DNA of 55,785 bases from an uncultured Polaribacter sp. (GTDB taxonomy: Bacteria; Bacteroidota; Bacteroidia; Flavobacteriales; Flavobacteriaceae). The position numbers and the translations under genes were made by a program. Under the pieces are notes generated by a model. The model did not search any database and had not been told where the DNA came from. It saw nothing but the letters and a program-made list of their open reading frames with translations. This document shows, piece after piece, positions 30,544-39,378 of the stretch. The stretch is taken from the NCBI GenBank assembly GCA_913050305.1, contig CAJXAS010000001.1, positions 1-55,785 on the forward strand. The letters run 5' to 3'. The number at the start of each line of letters is the position of its first letter. Position 1 is the first letter of the stretch.

Positions 30544-31134
30544 CTATTTACCTTTTTTTGCATTTGGAAAACGCATTCTGTAATCTGCGCTAATTTTTCC
30601 TTTTGAAATGTTCTCTAATTTCTTTTTAATGATTCTTTTCTTTAAAGTAGAGAGCTTGTCTGTGAACAAGATGCCTTCAATATGATCGAACTCATGTTGA
30701 AAAACTCTTGCAGCTAATCCTTCTAAAGTTTCTGTGTGTACCGTGAAGTTTTCATCTTGGTATTCAATAGTTATTTTTGGTTGACGAGAAACATCTTCTC
30801 GCACATCAGGAATACTTAAACAACCTTCGTTAAATATCCACTCTTCACCTTCTTCTTCTAAAATTTTTGGGTTTATGAAAACTCTATTAAAAGATTTTAA
30901 TACAGTTCTTTCTTCTTCAGATAAATTATCATCTTCTGCAAAAGGAGAAGCATCAATTAAAAATAAACGGATTGCTTTACCAATTTGAGGAGCAGCTAGG
31001 CCAACACCAGAAGCATTGTACATCGTTTCTTTCATATTGGTGATCAGTTTTTCTAAATCAGGATATGCTGCATCTATAGCCTCAGCAACTTTTCTTAAAA
31101 CAGGATCTCCGTAGGCAACAATTGGTAAAATCAT
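30544..31134 (-). CDS. def: Peptide deformylase
   Basis: GVGLAAPQ, EGCLS, QHEFDH. Confidence 0.97.
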   Translation of the reverse strand: MILPIVAYGDPVLRKVAEAIDAAYPDLEKLITNMKETMYNASGVGLAAPQIGKAIRLFLIDASPFAEDDNLSEEERTVLKSFNRVFINPKILEEEGEEWIFNEGCLSIPDVREDVSRQPKITIEYQDENFTVHTETLEGLAARVFQHEFDHIEGILFTDKLSTLKKRIIKKKLENISKGKISADYRMRFPNAKKGK

Positions 31135-31227
31135 TTATTTTTATTTAAAAAGGTCTGCAAAAATACGATTTAGTATAGTGAATTACGAATTTTTGAATTA
31201 CGAATTTTCAAAAACTAAGTGAATATT

Positions 31228-31641
31228 TTAATGTTGGCTGTATAAGTACGATTGTAGTATAATAGTAGCGCTAATTTCATCAACCATAGCCTTATTTCTT
31301 CGTTGTTTTTTCTTCACTCCGCTGTCAATCATTGTTTGAAAAGCCATTTTAGATGTGAAACGTTCATCTATTCTTTTCATTGGAATTTGAGGAAATAATT
31401 TTTCTATTTTTTTAAGAAAAGGAAGAATAAGGGCTTCACTTTCACTATCAGAATTATCCATCTGTTTAGGCAATCCCATTAAAAATAATTCTACTTTTTC
31501 TTTAGATGTATATTCCTTTAAGAAAGACAATAAGTCAGACGTATTTACCGTTGTTAAGCCAGAAGCAATTATTTTTAATTCATCTGTAACCGCTATTCCA
31601 GTTCTTATTTTTCCAAAGTCAATCGCTAAAACTCTTGCCAA
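31228..31641 (-). CDS. ruvX: YqgF/RuvX (pre-16S rRNA nuclease / putative Holliday junction resolvase)
   Basis: LAIDFG..RTGIAVTD, DERFTS, VD..SA.IILQ. Confidence 0.93.
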   Translation of the reverse strand: MARVLAIDFGKIRTGIAVTDELKIIASGLTTVNTSDLLSFLKEYTSKEKVELFLMGLPKQMDNSDSESEALILPFLKKIEKLFPQIPMKRIDERFTSKMAFQTMIDSGVKKKQRRNKAMVDEISATIILQSYLYSQH

Positions 31642-31849
31642 ATTGTATTGTTTTTTACAAAAATAACTGTTAATTATTAATATTGAGGAAATAACTTAAA
31701 TATTATCAATTAGTTATAGAATAATTTTTATTTTGAGTTAGAATTAACAACTTTAGAATTTAAACAAGGATACCTAATATGTTTAAAAAATGTATATTCG
31801 CTTCAGTTTTTATAGATAAATTTATATTTACAGAACTTATACAATTAAA

Positions 31850-32665
31850 ATGGAGGAAATTAGAAAAATTATAGAGTCAGCTTGGGAAAATCGTGAGTTA
31901 TTAAAAGAGCAAAACACGATTGATACCATTAGAAAAGTAGTTGATTTGTTGGATAAGGGAACTTTAAGAGTTGCTGAACCTGTCTCAGATGGCTGGCAAG
32001 TTAATGAGTGGGTTAAAAAAGCAGTAGTGCTCTACTTTCCAATTCAAAAAATGGAAACCTTAGAAGCTGGGATTTTTGAATATCATGATAAAATTCCATT
32101 AAAAAGAAATTTTGCAGAAAGAGGAATTAGAGTAGTACCAAATGCAGTTGCAAGACATGGAGCTTATATTGCGCCAGGAACTATCCTAATGCCAAGTTAT
32201 GTAAATATAGGAGCATATGTAGACGAAGGAACTATGGTTGACACTTGGGCCACGGTTGGTTCTTGTGCTCAGATTGGGAAGAATGTACACCTTTCTGGTG
32301 GTGTAGGAGTTGGAGGTGTTTTAGAACCTTTACAAGCAGCACCTGTAATTATAGAAGATGGAGCTTTTATTGGCTCTAGATGTATTGTCGTAGAAGGTGT
32401 TAGAATCGAAAAAGAGGCTGTTTTAGGGGCAAATGTTGTATTGACGATGAGTACTAAAATTATAGATGTAACTGGAGATGAACCTATAGAGATGAAAGGT
32501 AGAGTTCCTGCACGTTCTGTTGTAATTCCTGGAAGTTATACAAAGAAGTTTGCGGCTGGCGAATACAATGTACCTTGTGCTTTGATTATTGGAAAAAGAA
32601 AAGAAAGTACCAACAAGAAAACATCCTTAAACGATGCTTTGCGTGAATACGACGTAGCAGTTTAA
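31850..32665 (+). CDS. dapD: Tetrahydrodipicolinate N-succinyltransferase
   Basis: W.VNEWVKKAV, RVVP.A.AR.GA, DTWATVGSCAQIG, GGVLEPLQA. Confidence 0.95.
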   Translation: MEEIRKIIESAWENRELLKEQNTIDTIRKVVDLLDKGTLRVAEPVSDGWQVNEWVKKAVVLYFPIQKMETLEAGIFEYHDKIPLKRNFAERGIRVVPNAVARHGAYIAPGTILMPSYVNIGAYVDEGTMVDTWATVGSCAQIGKNVHLSGGVGVGGVLEPLQAAPVIIEDGAFIGSRCIVVEGVRIEKEAVLGANVVLTMSTKIIDVTGDEPIEMKGRVPARSVVIPGSYTKKFAAGEYNVPCALIIGKRKESTNKKTSLNDALREYDVAV

Positions 32666-32679
32666 GGTTTATAAAGTTT

Positions 32680-33429
32680 ATGACAAAAATATCAGCAATA
32701 ATACCTACATTAAATGAAGAAATTCATATATCTGAGGCTATAAAATCAGTAAGTTTTGCTGATGAAATTATTGTAATCGATTCTTTTAGTGAAGATAAAA
32801 CAATAGAAATAGCTGAGAAGTTAAATGTAAAAATAATCAAACGGAAGTTTGATGATTTTTCTTCTCAAAAAAACTATGCGATTTCGCAAGCAACTCATGA
32901 TTGGATTTATATTTTAGATGCAGATGAAAGGGTTACGAAAGAGGTTAAAGAGGAAATAGTTTCGGCGGTAAAAGATCCTAAAGGTTTTGTCGGTTTTTAT
33001 TTGCGAAGGACTTTTTATTTTTCTGGAAAAAAAGTAAACTACTCTGGCTTCCAAAGAGATAAGGTAATCCGTTTATTTTTAAAAGAACATTGTAAATATT
33101 CTGGTCTTGTTCATGAAAAAATAATATCCAATGGAAAAATTGGTTTTTTTAAAAATAAAATTGATCATTTCTCTTACAGAAATTATGACCATTATATTTC
33201 TAAATTGAATCATTATGCAGCCATAAGAGCTGAAGAATTGCATGATAATGGTGAAAAAGTAAATATTTACCACGTGATGGTAAAACCTGGAGCAAGGTTT
33301 TTTATTCATTATTTCATTCGTCTTGGATTTTTAGATGGTTTTACAGGTTTTTTAGTTGCAAAAACACAAGCTTATGGTGTTTTGACGAGATATATTAAAT
33401 TGTGGTTGTTGAATTCCAAATTAGAATAA
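32680..33429 (+). CDS. GT2 glycosyltransferase (KdtX/WaaE-like LPS beta-1,4-glucosyltransferase type)
   Basis: DSFSEDKT, DFSSQKN, LDADE, VHE, LGFLDG. Confidence 0.88.
   Translation: MTKISAIIPTLNEEIHISEAIKSVSFADEIIVIDSFSEDKTIEIAEKLNVKIIKRKFDDFSSQKNYAISQATHDWIYILDADERVTKEVKEEIVSAVKDPKGFVGFYLRRTFYFSGKKVNYSGFQRDKVIRLFLKEHCKYSGLVHEKIISNGKIGFFKNKIDHFSYRNYDHYISKLNHYAAIRAEELHDNGEKVNIYHVMVKPGARFFIHYFIRLGFLDGFTGFLVAKTQAYGVLTRYIKLWLLNSKLE
33307..33429 (+). repeat. Direct repeat copy 1 (3' end of the GT2 gene)
   Basis: 123 bp; matches 34464-34586 at 106/123 positions by manual alignment. Confidence 0.9.
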
Positions 33430-33434
33430 GTTTT

Positions 33435-34433
33435 ATGGAGTTAAAAGTAGATAATAATATTGATGCTGTAATTACTTGGGTTGATAGTTCTGATGTTGTT
33501 TGGCAAAACCAAATAAACCAGTATTTAGAAAAAAAAATAGATTGGAATAATAAAAAAGATGCTACTAGATATAATTCTATAAATGAAGTTGAAATTGCAA
33601 TTTTATCAATTATAAAGTATGCGAAGTTCATGAAAAACATCTTTTTAGTTACAGATAATCAATCACCAGAAAACTTCGATAAGCTTCAAAAAAAGGCAAG
33701 AGCTAATAACGTGAATTTAGAATTAGTAGATCATAAAATAATTTTTAGAGATTATAAAAATCACCTACCTACATTTAATTCTTGTTCAATTATTACAATG
33801 CTTTTTCAAATACCAAATCTTTCAGATAGGTTTGTAATTTTTAATGATGATACTTTTTTAATGAGAGAAACCTCAATCTTAGATTTTTTTATAGATGAAA
33901 AACCAATAATTAGAGGCAGATGGGATACTTTTTATGAAGATAAATTTTTCAGAAACATATCTGTTAAAATAAAATCGACTTTTAAGAAAGTAGATCCTAA
34001 AAAAACAGGATACAAATTAGTGCAGCAAAAAAGCGCAAAATTATTAGGGTTTAAAAAATATATTAGAAGAGATCATACACCTGTTTCTGTTAGAAAGTCA
34101 ATTCTGTTAGATTATTTTTCTAAAAATCCGGAATTTTTAGAAAATAATATAAAACATAGATTTAGAGACAATAGCCAGTTTATAATTTCATCTTTATCAA
34201 ATCATTTAGAAGTAAAAAATAATTCTTATGTTTTAGAAAATAATCTTCATTTAATCTATTTTCAAGGTTATAATCATTTTATAACAAAACTAAAACTATA
34301 CTTTTTTGATACAGATAAGAGTAAAAAGTTTATGTGCTTTCAAAGTTTAGAGTTGGCTCAAAAAAACACGTTAAAGTATATTTTTACTTGGATTGATGAA
34401 AAATTAGATACTAATTTTAATGGAACTATTTAG
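33435..34433 (+). CDS. Stealth-family hexose-1-phosphate transferase, copy 1
   Basis: CR1 IDAVITWVD; CR2 RY...E....SI.KYA...IFLVTD.Q...VDH..IF...LPTFNS...FNDD; CR3 HTP. ATG at 33435. Confidence 0.88.
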   Translation: MELKVDNNIDAVITWVDSSDVVWQNQINQYLEKKIDWNNKKDATRYNSINEVEIAILSIIKYAKFMKNIFLVTDNQSPENFDKLQKKARANNVNLELVDHKIIFRDYKNHLPTFNSCSIITMLFQIPNLSDRFVIFNDDTFLMRETSILDFFIDEKPIIRGRWDTFYEDKFFRNISVKIKSTFKKVDPKKTGYKLVQQKSAKLLGFKKYIRRDHTPVSVRKSILLDYFSKNPEFLENNIKHRFRDNSQFIISSLSNHLEVKNNSYVLENNLHLIYFQGYNHFITKLKLYFFDTDKSKKFMCFQSLELAQKNTLKYIFTWIDEKLDTNFNGTI

Positions 34434-34463
34434 TATCGCTAGCTTATCGTTTAGAGCGTATAC

Positions 34464-34586
34464 CATTATTTCATTCGCCTTGGATTTTTAGATGGTTTTA
34501 TAGGTTTTTTAGTTGCAAAAACACAAGCTTATAGTGTTTTAACAAGGTATATTAAGTTGTGGTTATTAAATAGTAAGATGAAATAG
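34464..34586 (+). pseudogene. Startless GT2 3'-end fragment (direct repeat copy 2)
   Basis: Translates HYFIRLGFLDGFIGFLVAKTQAYSVLTRYIKLWLLNSKMK*, 36/40 identical to the GT2 C-terminus. In-frame stop at 34452-34454 upstream and no start codon. Confidence 0.88.
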
Positions 34587-34587
34587 T

Positions 34588-35565
34588 ATGGAGTCAAAGA
34601 ATTCACTTATCGTAGATGCTGTTATTACTTGGGTAGATGGCAATGACCCAAAACATAGGGAAAAAATGTCACAGTATATTGCGGATAAAAATTCTCTGAG
34701 TAATAAGTCGGTTAGGATGCGTTATGATCAAATAGATGAAATTGAATTTTCAGTAAAATCTATTTTGAAGTATGCGAAATTTGTAAGAAATATTTTTATT
34801 GTTACAGACAACCAAACTCCGGATTTTTTAAAAGACATAGAGAAAGCAAAAAAAGAATATCCAACAGTTTTTATAGTAGATCATAAAACTATTTTTGAAG
34901 GATATCACCAATATTTACCAACTTTTAATTCTTTATCCATAGAGTCCTTATTATACAAAATACCGAATCTTTCTGAGCACTTTTTATATTTTTGCGACGA
35001 TTTCTTTTTAGCAAATAACACAAAAGTAGAAGATTTTTTTATTGAAGGTAAACCTGTTATTAGAGGAGGATGGACGAAGTTTTATGAAGATATATTTCAC
35101 AAGAAAATTAAATATTTAGTTCAGAAACTTTTAAAAAATAAAAAAGTAAAATATAGTCATAATAAAGGGTTACAAACGGTAGCAAAGAAATTAGGTTTTA
35201 CAAAATACGTTCATATAGATCATACGCCTGCAGCGCTAAGGAAGAATACTTATGTGCAGTATTTTGAACAAAACCCAGAGATGTTGGATCGTAATATTAA
35301 ACATCGTTTTAGGCACCATGAGCAATATTCAATTCAGTCTTTGGCAAATCATTTAGAAATAAAAAATAATACTTTTACTTTAAATAAAGACTACAAATTA
35401 GTTTATTTTCAAAATTATAAAAAACCATTTTTGTGGATAAAGTTTAAACTCGCTGGAATAGAAAAGGATAAGAATAAACTTTTCATTTGTATGCAGAGTT
35501 TGAATCAATGTCCTGAAGAAAAATTAATATATATAAAAAAATGGTTGCATTCTAAATACGATTAA
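34588..35565 (+). CDS. Stealth-family hexose-1-phosphate transferase, copy 2
   Basis: VDAVITWVDGND, RY..IDE, VDH..IF, LPTFNS..IE, FLYFCDD, HTP. Confidence 0.88.
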   Translation: MESKNSLIVDAVITWVDGNDPKHREKMSQYIADKNSLSNKSVRMRYDQIDEIEFSVKSILKYAKFVRNIFIVTDNQTPDFLKDIEKAKKEYPTVFIVDHKTIFEGYHQYLPTFNSLSIESLLYKIPNLSEHFLYFCDDFFLANNTKVEDFFIEGKPVIRGGWTKFYEDIFHKKIKYLVQKLLKNKKVKYSHNKGLQTVAKKLGFTKYVHIDHTPAALRKNTYVQYFEQNPEMLDRNIKHRFRHHEQYSIQSLANHLEIKNNTFTLNKDYKLVYFQNYKKPFLWIKFKLAGIEKDKNKLFICMQSLNQCPEEKLIYIKKWLHSKYD

Positions 35566-35654
35566 TTTATTTCAGGAATTCAAATTTATAAAGCAGTGCC
35601 TTTTAATCACAAAAGAAAAAAATATAATTCTGTTTACGTTTTTAGAAAATTTTC

Positions 35655-37652
35655 TTATTTTTTTTTATTATTAAAGTATAAGTATTTAGTAGTGTGGTAA
35701 TATGCTGATAATAAACTGTCCATTTGTTTCGCTAAGGCAGGCTTATCATATTGAATATCTTTTACTGTGCTTGCTTGTAAACTATACAAACCTATTTTTT
35801 TAGAAATGTTTGTTTTTTCATAGTAAAAATTATCTTTTAGTACGCCAACTGCTTTTTCTCCTTTACTTTGAATATAGACAAAGGCAGCTGTATTTATTAA
35901 AGTACTATCTAATAAATCTCTTCCTAACGTATAATTTGTATAATTTATTTTTGCTAAGCTCGTAGCGGTCGGAAAAACATCTATTAGTTTTGCGTATTTA
36001 TCTATTATTTGAGGTTTTATATATTTGGGTGCATGAATAAAAAATGGCACGTGATGTACTTGAACACCTAAATCATCTTCGTTATTTTTTAAAAAATTCA
36101 GTTTTTTCATTCCACCTCTATGATCTCCAAAAAACACAAAAATAGAATTTTCATAATAACCAGATTCTTTTGCTCTTTCTAAAAAGCGTGCAACATTAAA
36201 GTCTAAATACCGAATTCCATTTAATTGCCCTAAAGATCTAAAGCCACCTTTTAGTAAAGTTTTTTCAGTAATTTTATTTTCTAAAATAGGTGTAAAACTT
36301 TCTTTTTTATCAGGCACTGTAAAAGGCATATGATTTGTTGCTGTTTGAATATATGCAACAAAAGGTTCTCCTTTTTGGTGTAATTTTTTTAATTTCTTAT
36401 CAGATTCTTTAAATAAATCGTAATCATCTATTCCCCAAACATCTGCCCTGTTTTCTTCTTCAAAACTTCCTTCTTCATAGATTTTTAAGTTTTTTATATT
36501 TGATTGAAAAACACCTCTAATATTTGCCCAATTTGCAGAGCCACCTAGAAAGTATAGTTTTTCATATCCCTCAAACTGGTCAAAAATTATCCGTTGATCT
36601 ATAATCATCGGGTTTCTTGATGCTGTTTTTACATCTTCAATATCTGGTAATCCCGTAATACTAGCAAAAACACTAGCAGCAGTTCCTGGTTTATGAACAT
36701 AAAACTTTGAAAAACTAGCACTCTCTGTGATAATGGAATCCATTTTTGGAGTACTATTTAACGGATTTCCATAAAAACTCATCGGTGCGGTTCCAACGGA
36801 TTCTAGCATTACAAAGACAATATTAGGTTTTACTTTATAAGGATTCTCAAAAGCAACTTTTTTTGCAAAATTGATGGTATCTAAAGGTAAATTTAAGTGT
36901 TTTGCAATTGTAGGATAATACGTTTTAAACTCTTCAATATTTACACCTTCACTTCTAAAGGCAAAACTATCAAAGAAATATAAAACAGGGTTTAAAGTAA
37001 ATTGATTTATCGCATTATTTTTAGAGAAAAAAGCTTCACTCCACCTCAAAGGGTAATGCGTTATACTATTAAAAACTCCAAAAGATAATGTTAGAAATGT
37101 AAAAATAAAAAATACTGCCTTCAGTTTATTTGTTATTTTTTGATACCCTGTATTAAATACGTTAAACATTAAGGTAGCGTATTTATAACTAATAAAGCAT
37201 AGAATTGTAAGTCCAAAAAGCCCTTTATATATTGGGTAACTTTCAATTAGAACCTGAAGGGATATTTTAAAATTACTTAAAAATCGCAATGAAGACGCGT
37301 CTAAACGGATAGCTAAATATTCATAGTATCCAAAATCAAATAGATAGAATAGCGTTAAAATAAAATAGGAAAAAGTAATGTAAATAGCGGCTATTCTTTT
37401 ATAAATAACGCTTTTAAAAAAGTTATGATTTATAATTAAAACGAATATTGCTAAAGGGAAAAAAGTAAGAACTGCTAGTTTTAAATCAAAACGAAGACCA
37501 AGTAATAAAGCTTTTTGTATTTCTTGGCTAGAAACATTTTCTAATGATGCAAAAAAGGCGTAAAAGAGTCCTCTAAAAAAAGCAATAAAAATGAAAAGAA
37601 AAAAAACATTTGTAAAAATGTATTTTATGTAATTCGGAATTTTTTTAAACAT
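35655..37652 (-). CDS. LTA synthase / MdoB-like phosphoglycerol transferase (sulfatase superfamily)
   Basis: About five N-terminal TMs, PNIVFVMLES, candidate catalytic Thr (PGTA), TNH.P, GDH. Likely ATG at 37652. Confidence 0.85.
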   Translation of the reverse strand: MFKKIPNYIKYIFTNVFFLFIFIAFFRGLFYAFFASLENVSSQEIQKALLLGLRFDLKLAVLTFFPLAIFVLIINHNFFKSVIYKRIAAIYITFSYFILTLFYLFDFGYYEYLAIRLDASSLRFLSNFKISLQVLIESYPIYKGLFGLTILCFISYKYATLMFNVFNTGYQKITNKLKAVFFIFTFLTLSFGVFNSITHYPLRWSEAFFSKNNAINQFTLNPVLYFFDSFAFRSEGVNIEEFKTYYPTIAKHLNLPLDTINFAKKVAFENPYKVKPNIVFVMLESVGTAPMSFYGNPLNSTPKMDSIITESASFSKFYVHKPGTAASVFASITGLPDIEDVKTASRNPMIIDQRIIFDQFEGYEKLYFLGGSANWANIRGVFQSNIKNLKIYEEGSFEEENRADVWGIDDYDLFKESDKKLKKLHQKGEPFVAYIQTATNHMPFTVPDKKESFTPILENKITEKTLLKGGFRSLGQLNGIRYLDFNVARFLERAKESGYYENSIFVFFGDHRGGMKKLNFLKNNEDDLGVQVHHVPFFIHAPKYIKPQIIDKYAKLIDVFPTATSLAKINYTNYTLGRDLLDSTLINTAAFVYIQSKGEKAVGVLKDNFYYEKTNISKKIGLYSLQASTVKDIQYDKPALAKQMDSLLSAYYHTTKYLYFNNKKK

Positions 37653-37775
37653 GTATATTATATCGTCTAACAAAGGTACTATTTTTAGTATTACTTTAAA
37701 TAAACTAGTATGTCAATTTTGGATTGTGTTGGATTATAGCCTAAATTTGCGGCAAAATAAAATGAACACAAATTA

Positions 37776-39197
37776 ATGCAAAAGCAATTCTTTACAGAGG
37801 CCATCTCATTAGAAATATTTGAAATAATTTCTAAAGCATCACAACAATTAGGCTTAGAAAGTTATGTAATTGGTGGTTTCGTGCGAGATTATTTTCTAAA
37901 AAGAGGCACTGCAAAAGATATTGATGTTGTTACTATTGGGAGTGGCATAGACCTTGCAGAGAAAGTGTCTAGCTTGTTACCTAATAAACCTAAGGTGCAG
38001 GTTTTTAAAACTTATGGCACTGCGATGTTGCGTTACAAGGATATTGAAATTGAGTTTGTTGGTGCAAGAAAAGAATCTTATTCGGAAGAAAGTAGAAATC
38101 CGGAAGTATCTGAAGGAAATTTGCAAGACGATCAAAATAGGAGGGATTTTACTATAAATGCTTTGGCGTTAAGTTTAAACGAGTCTAATTTTGGTGAATT
38201 ACTAGATCCGTTTAACGGAATAGATGATTTAGAAGACGGCATTCTTAGAACGCCTTTAAATCCAGATATTACCTATTCTGACGACCCTTTAAGAATGATG
38301 CGAGCAATCCGTTTTGCATCACAATTAAATTTCAAAATTGAAAAAAAATCACTTGCTGCAATTACTAAAAATTCAGAACGCTTAGAAATAATTACAAGAG
38401 AGCGCATCGTAGATGAGCTCAATAAAGTAATGTCATGCGAAAAACCATCTATTGGATTTTTGTTGTTAGAGGAAACAAAATTATTAGCTCAAATTATACC
38501 TGAATTAATAGATTTAAAGGGGGTAGAAGAGGTTGAAGGACAAAAGCATAAAGATAATTTTTATCATACCTTAGAGGTGGTAGATAATATTTCTAAGAAC
38601 ACAGAAGATGTTTGGTTGCGCTGGGCGGCTTTATTGCATGATATCGGTAAAGCACCTACCAAAAAATTTAGTAAAAAGGTTGGTTGGACTTTCCATTCTC
38701 ATGAATTCGTTGGCTCTAAAATGGTTTATAAACTATTTAAAAATTTAAAGATGCCATTGAATAACAAAATGAAGTTTGTTCAGAAAATGGTGTTGTTAAG
38801 TTCTAGGCCAATTGTTCTAGCCACTGATGTTACCGATGCAGCTGTAAGGCGTTTGGTTTTTGATGCCGGTGACGATATCAATTCTTTAATGACGCTTTGT
38901 GAAGCAGATATAACTACAAAAAACCCAAAAAAGTTTAAACGCTATCATCAAAACTTTGAAGAAGTTCGCTCTAAAATTAGAGAAGTAGAAGAAAGAGATC
39001 GTGTGCGTAATTTTCAACCGCCAGTTTCCGGAGAAGAGATTATTGAAGCGTTTAACTTAAAGCCTTGTAAAGAAATAGGGCAAATAAAAGAAGCTATCAA
39101 AGAGGCTATTTTAGATGGTAAAATTCCTAATGAGCATCAAGCTTGTTATAATTTCATGATAGAGAAAGGCTTTGCTTTAGGCTTAAAAAGAGCTTAA
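37776..39197 (+). CDS. cca: CCA tRNA nucleotidyltransferase / poly(A) polymerase family with HD domain
   Basis: GGFVRD, DID, RRDFTINA, DDPLR..RA.RF, LLHDIGK. Confidence 0.88.
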   Translation: MQKQFFTEAISLEIFEIISKASQQLGLESYVIGGFVRDYFLKRGTAKDIDVVTIGSGIDLAEKVSSLLPNKPKVQVFKTYGTAMLRYKDIEIEFVGARKESYSEESRNPEVSEGNLQDDQNRRDFTINALALSLNESNFGELLDPFNGIDDLEDGILRTPLNPDITYSDDPLRMMRAIRFASQLNFKIEKKSLAAITKNSERLEIITRERIVDELNKVMSCEKPSIGFLLLEETKLLAQIIPELIDLKGVEEVEGQKHKDNFYHTLEVVDNISKNTEDVWLRWAALLHDIGKAPTKKFSKKVGWTFHSHEFVGSKMVYKLFKNLKMPLNNKMKFVQKMVLLSSRPIVLATDVTDAAVRRLVFDAGDDINSLMTLCEADITTKNPKKFKRYHQNFEEVRSKIREVEERDRVRNFQPPVSGEEIIEAFNLKPCKEIGQIKEAIKEAILDGKIPNEHQACYNFMIEKGFALGLKRA

Positions 39198-39378
39198 ATT
39201 GAGCGATTTTACAGCTATCCAAATTTAAATGAAATTAAATTTTTATTATATTTTTTTCATAATACCGTTGATGTACAGATTATTTTTGATTATTTTTTAA
39301 CAAAAATGTTAATTTTCTATTATTTCTTGAATTCTCTATTGTACCTTTAATGTCTATAATAGTAATCAACTCCAAGAA

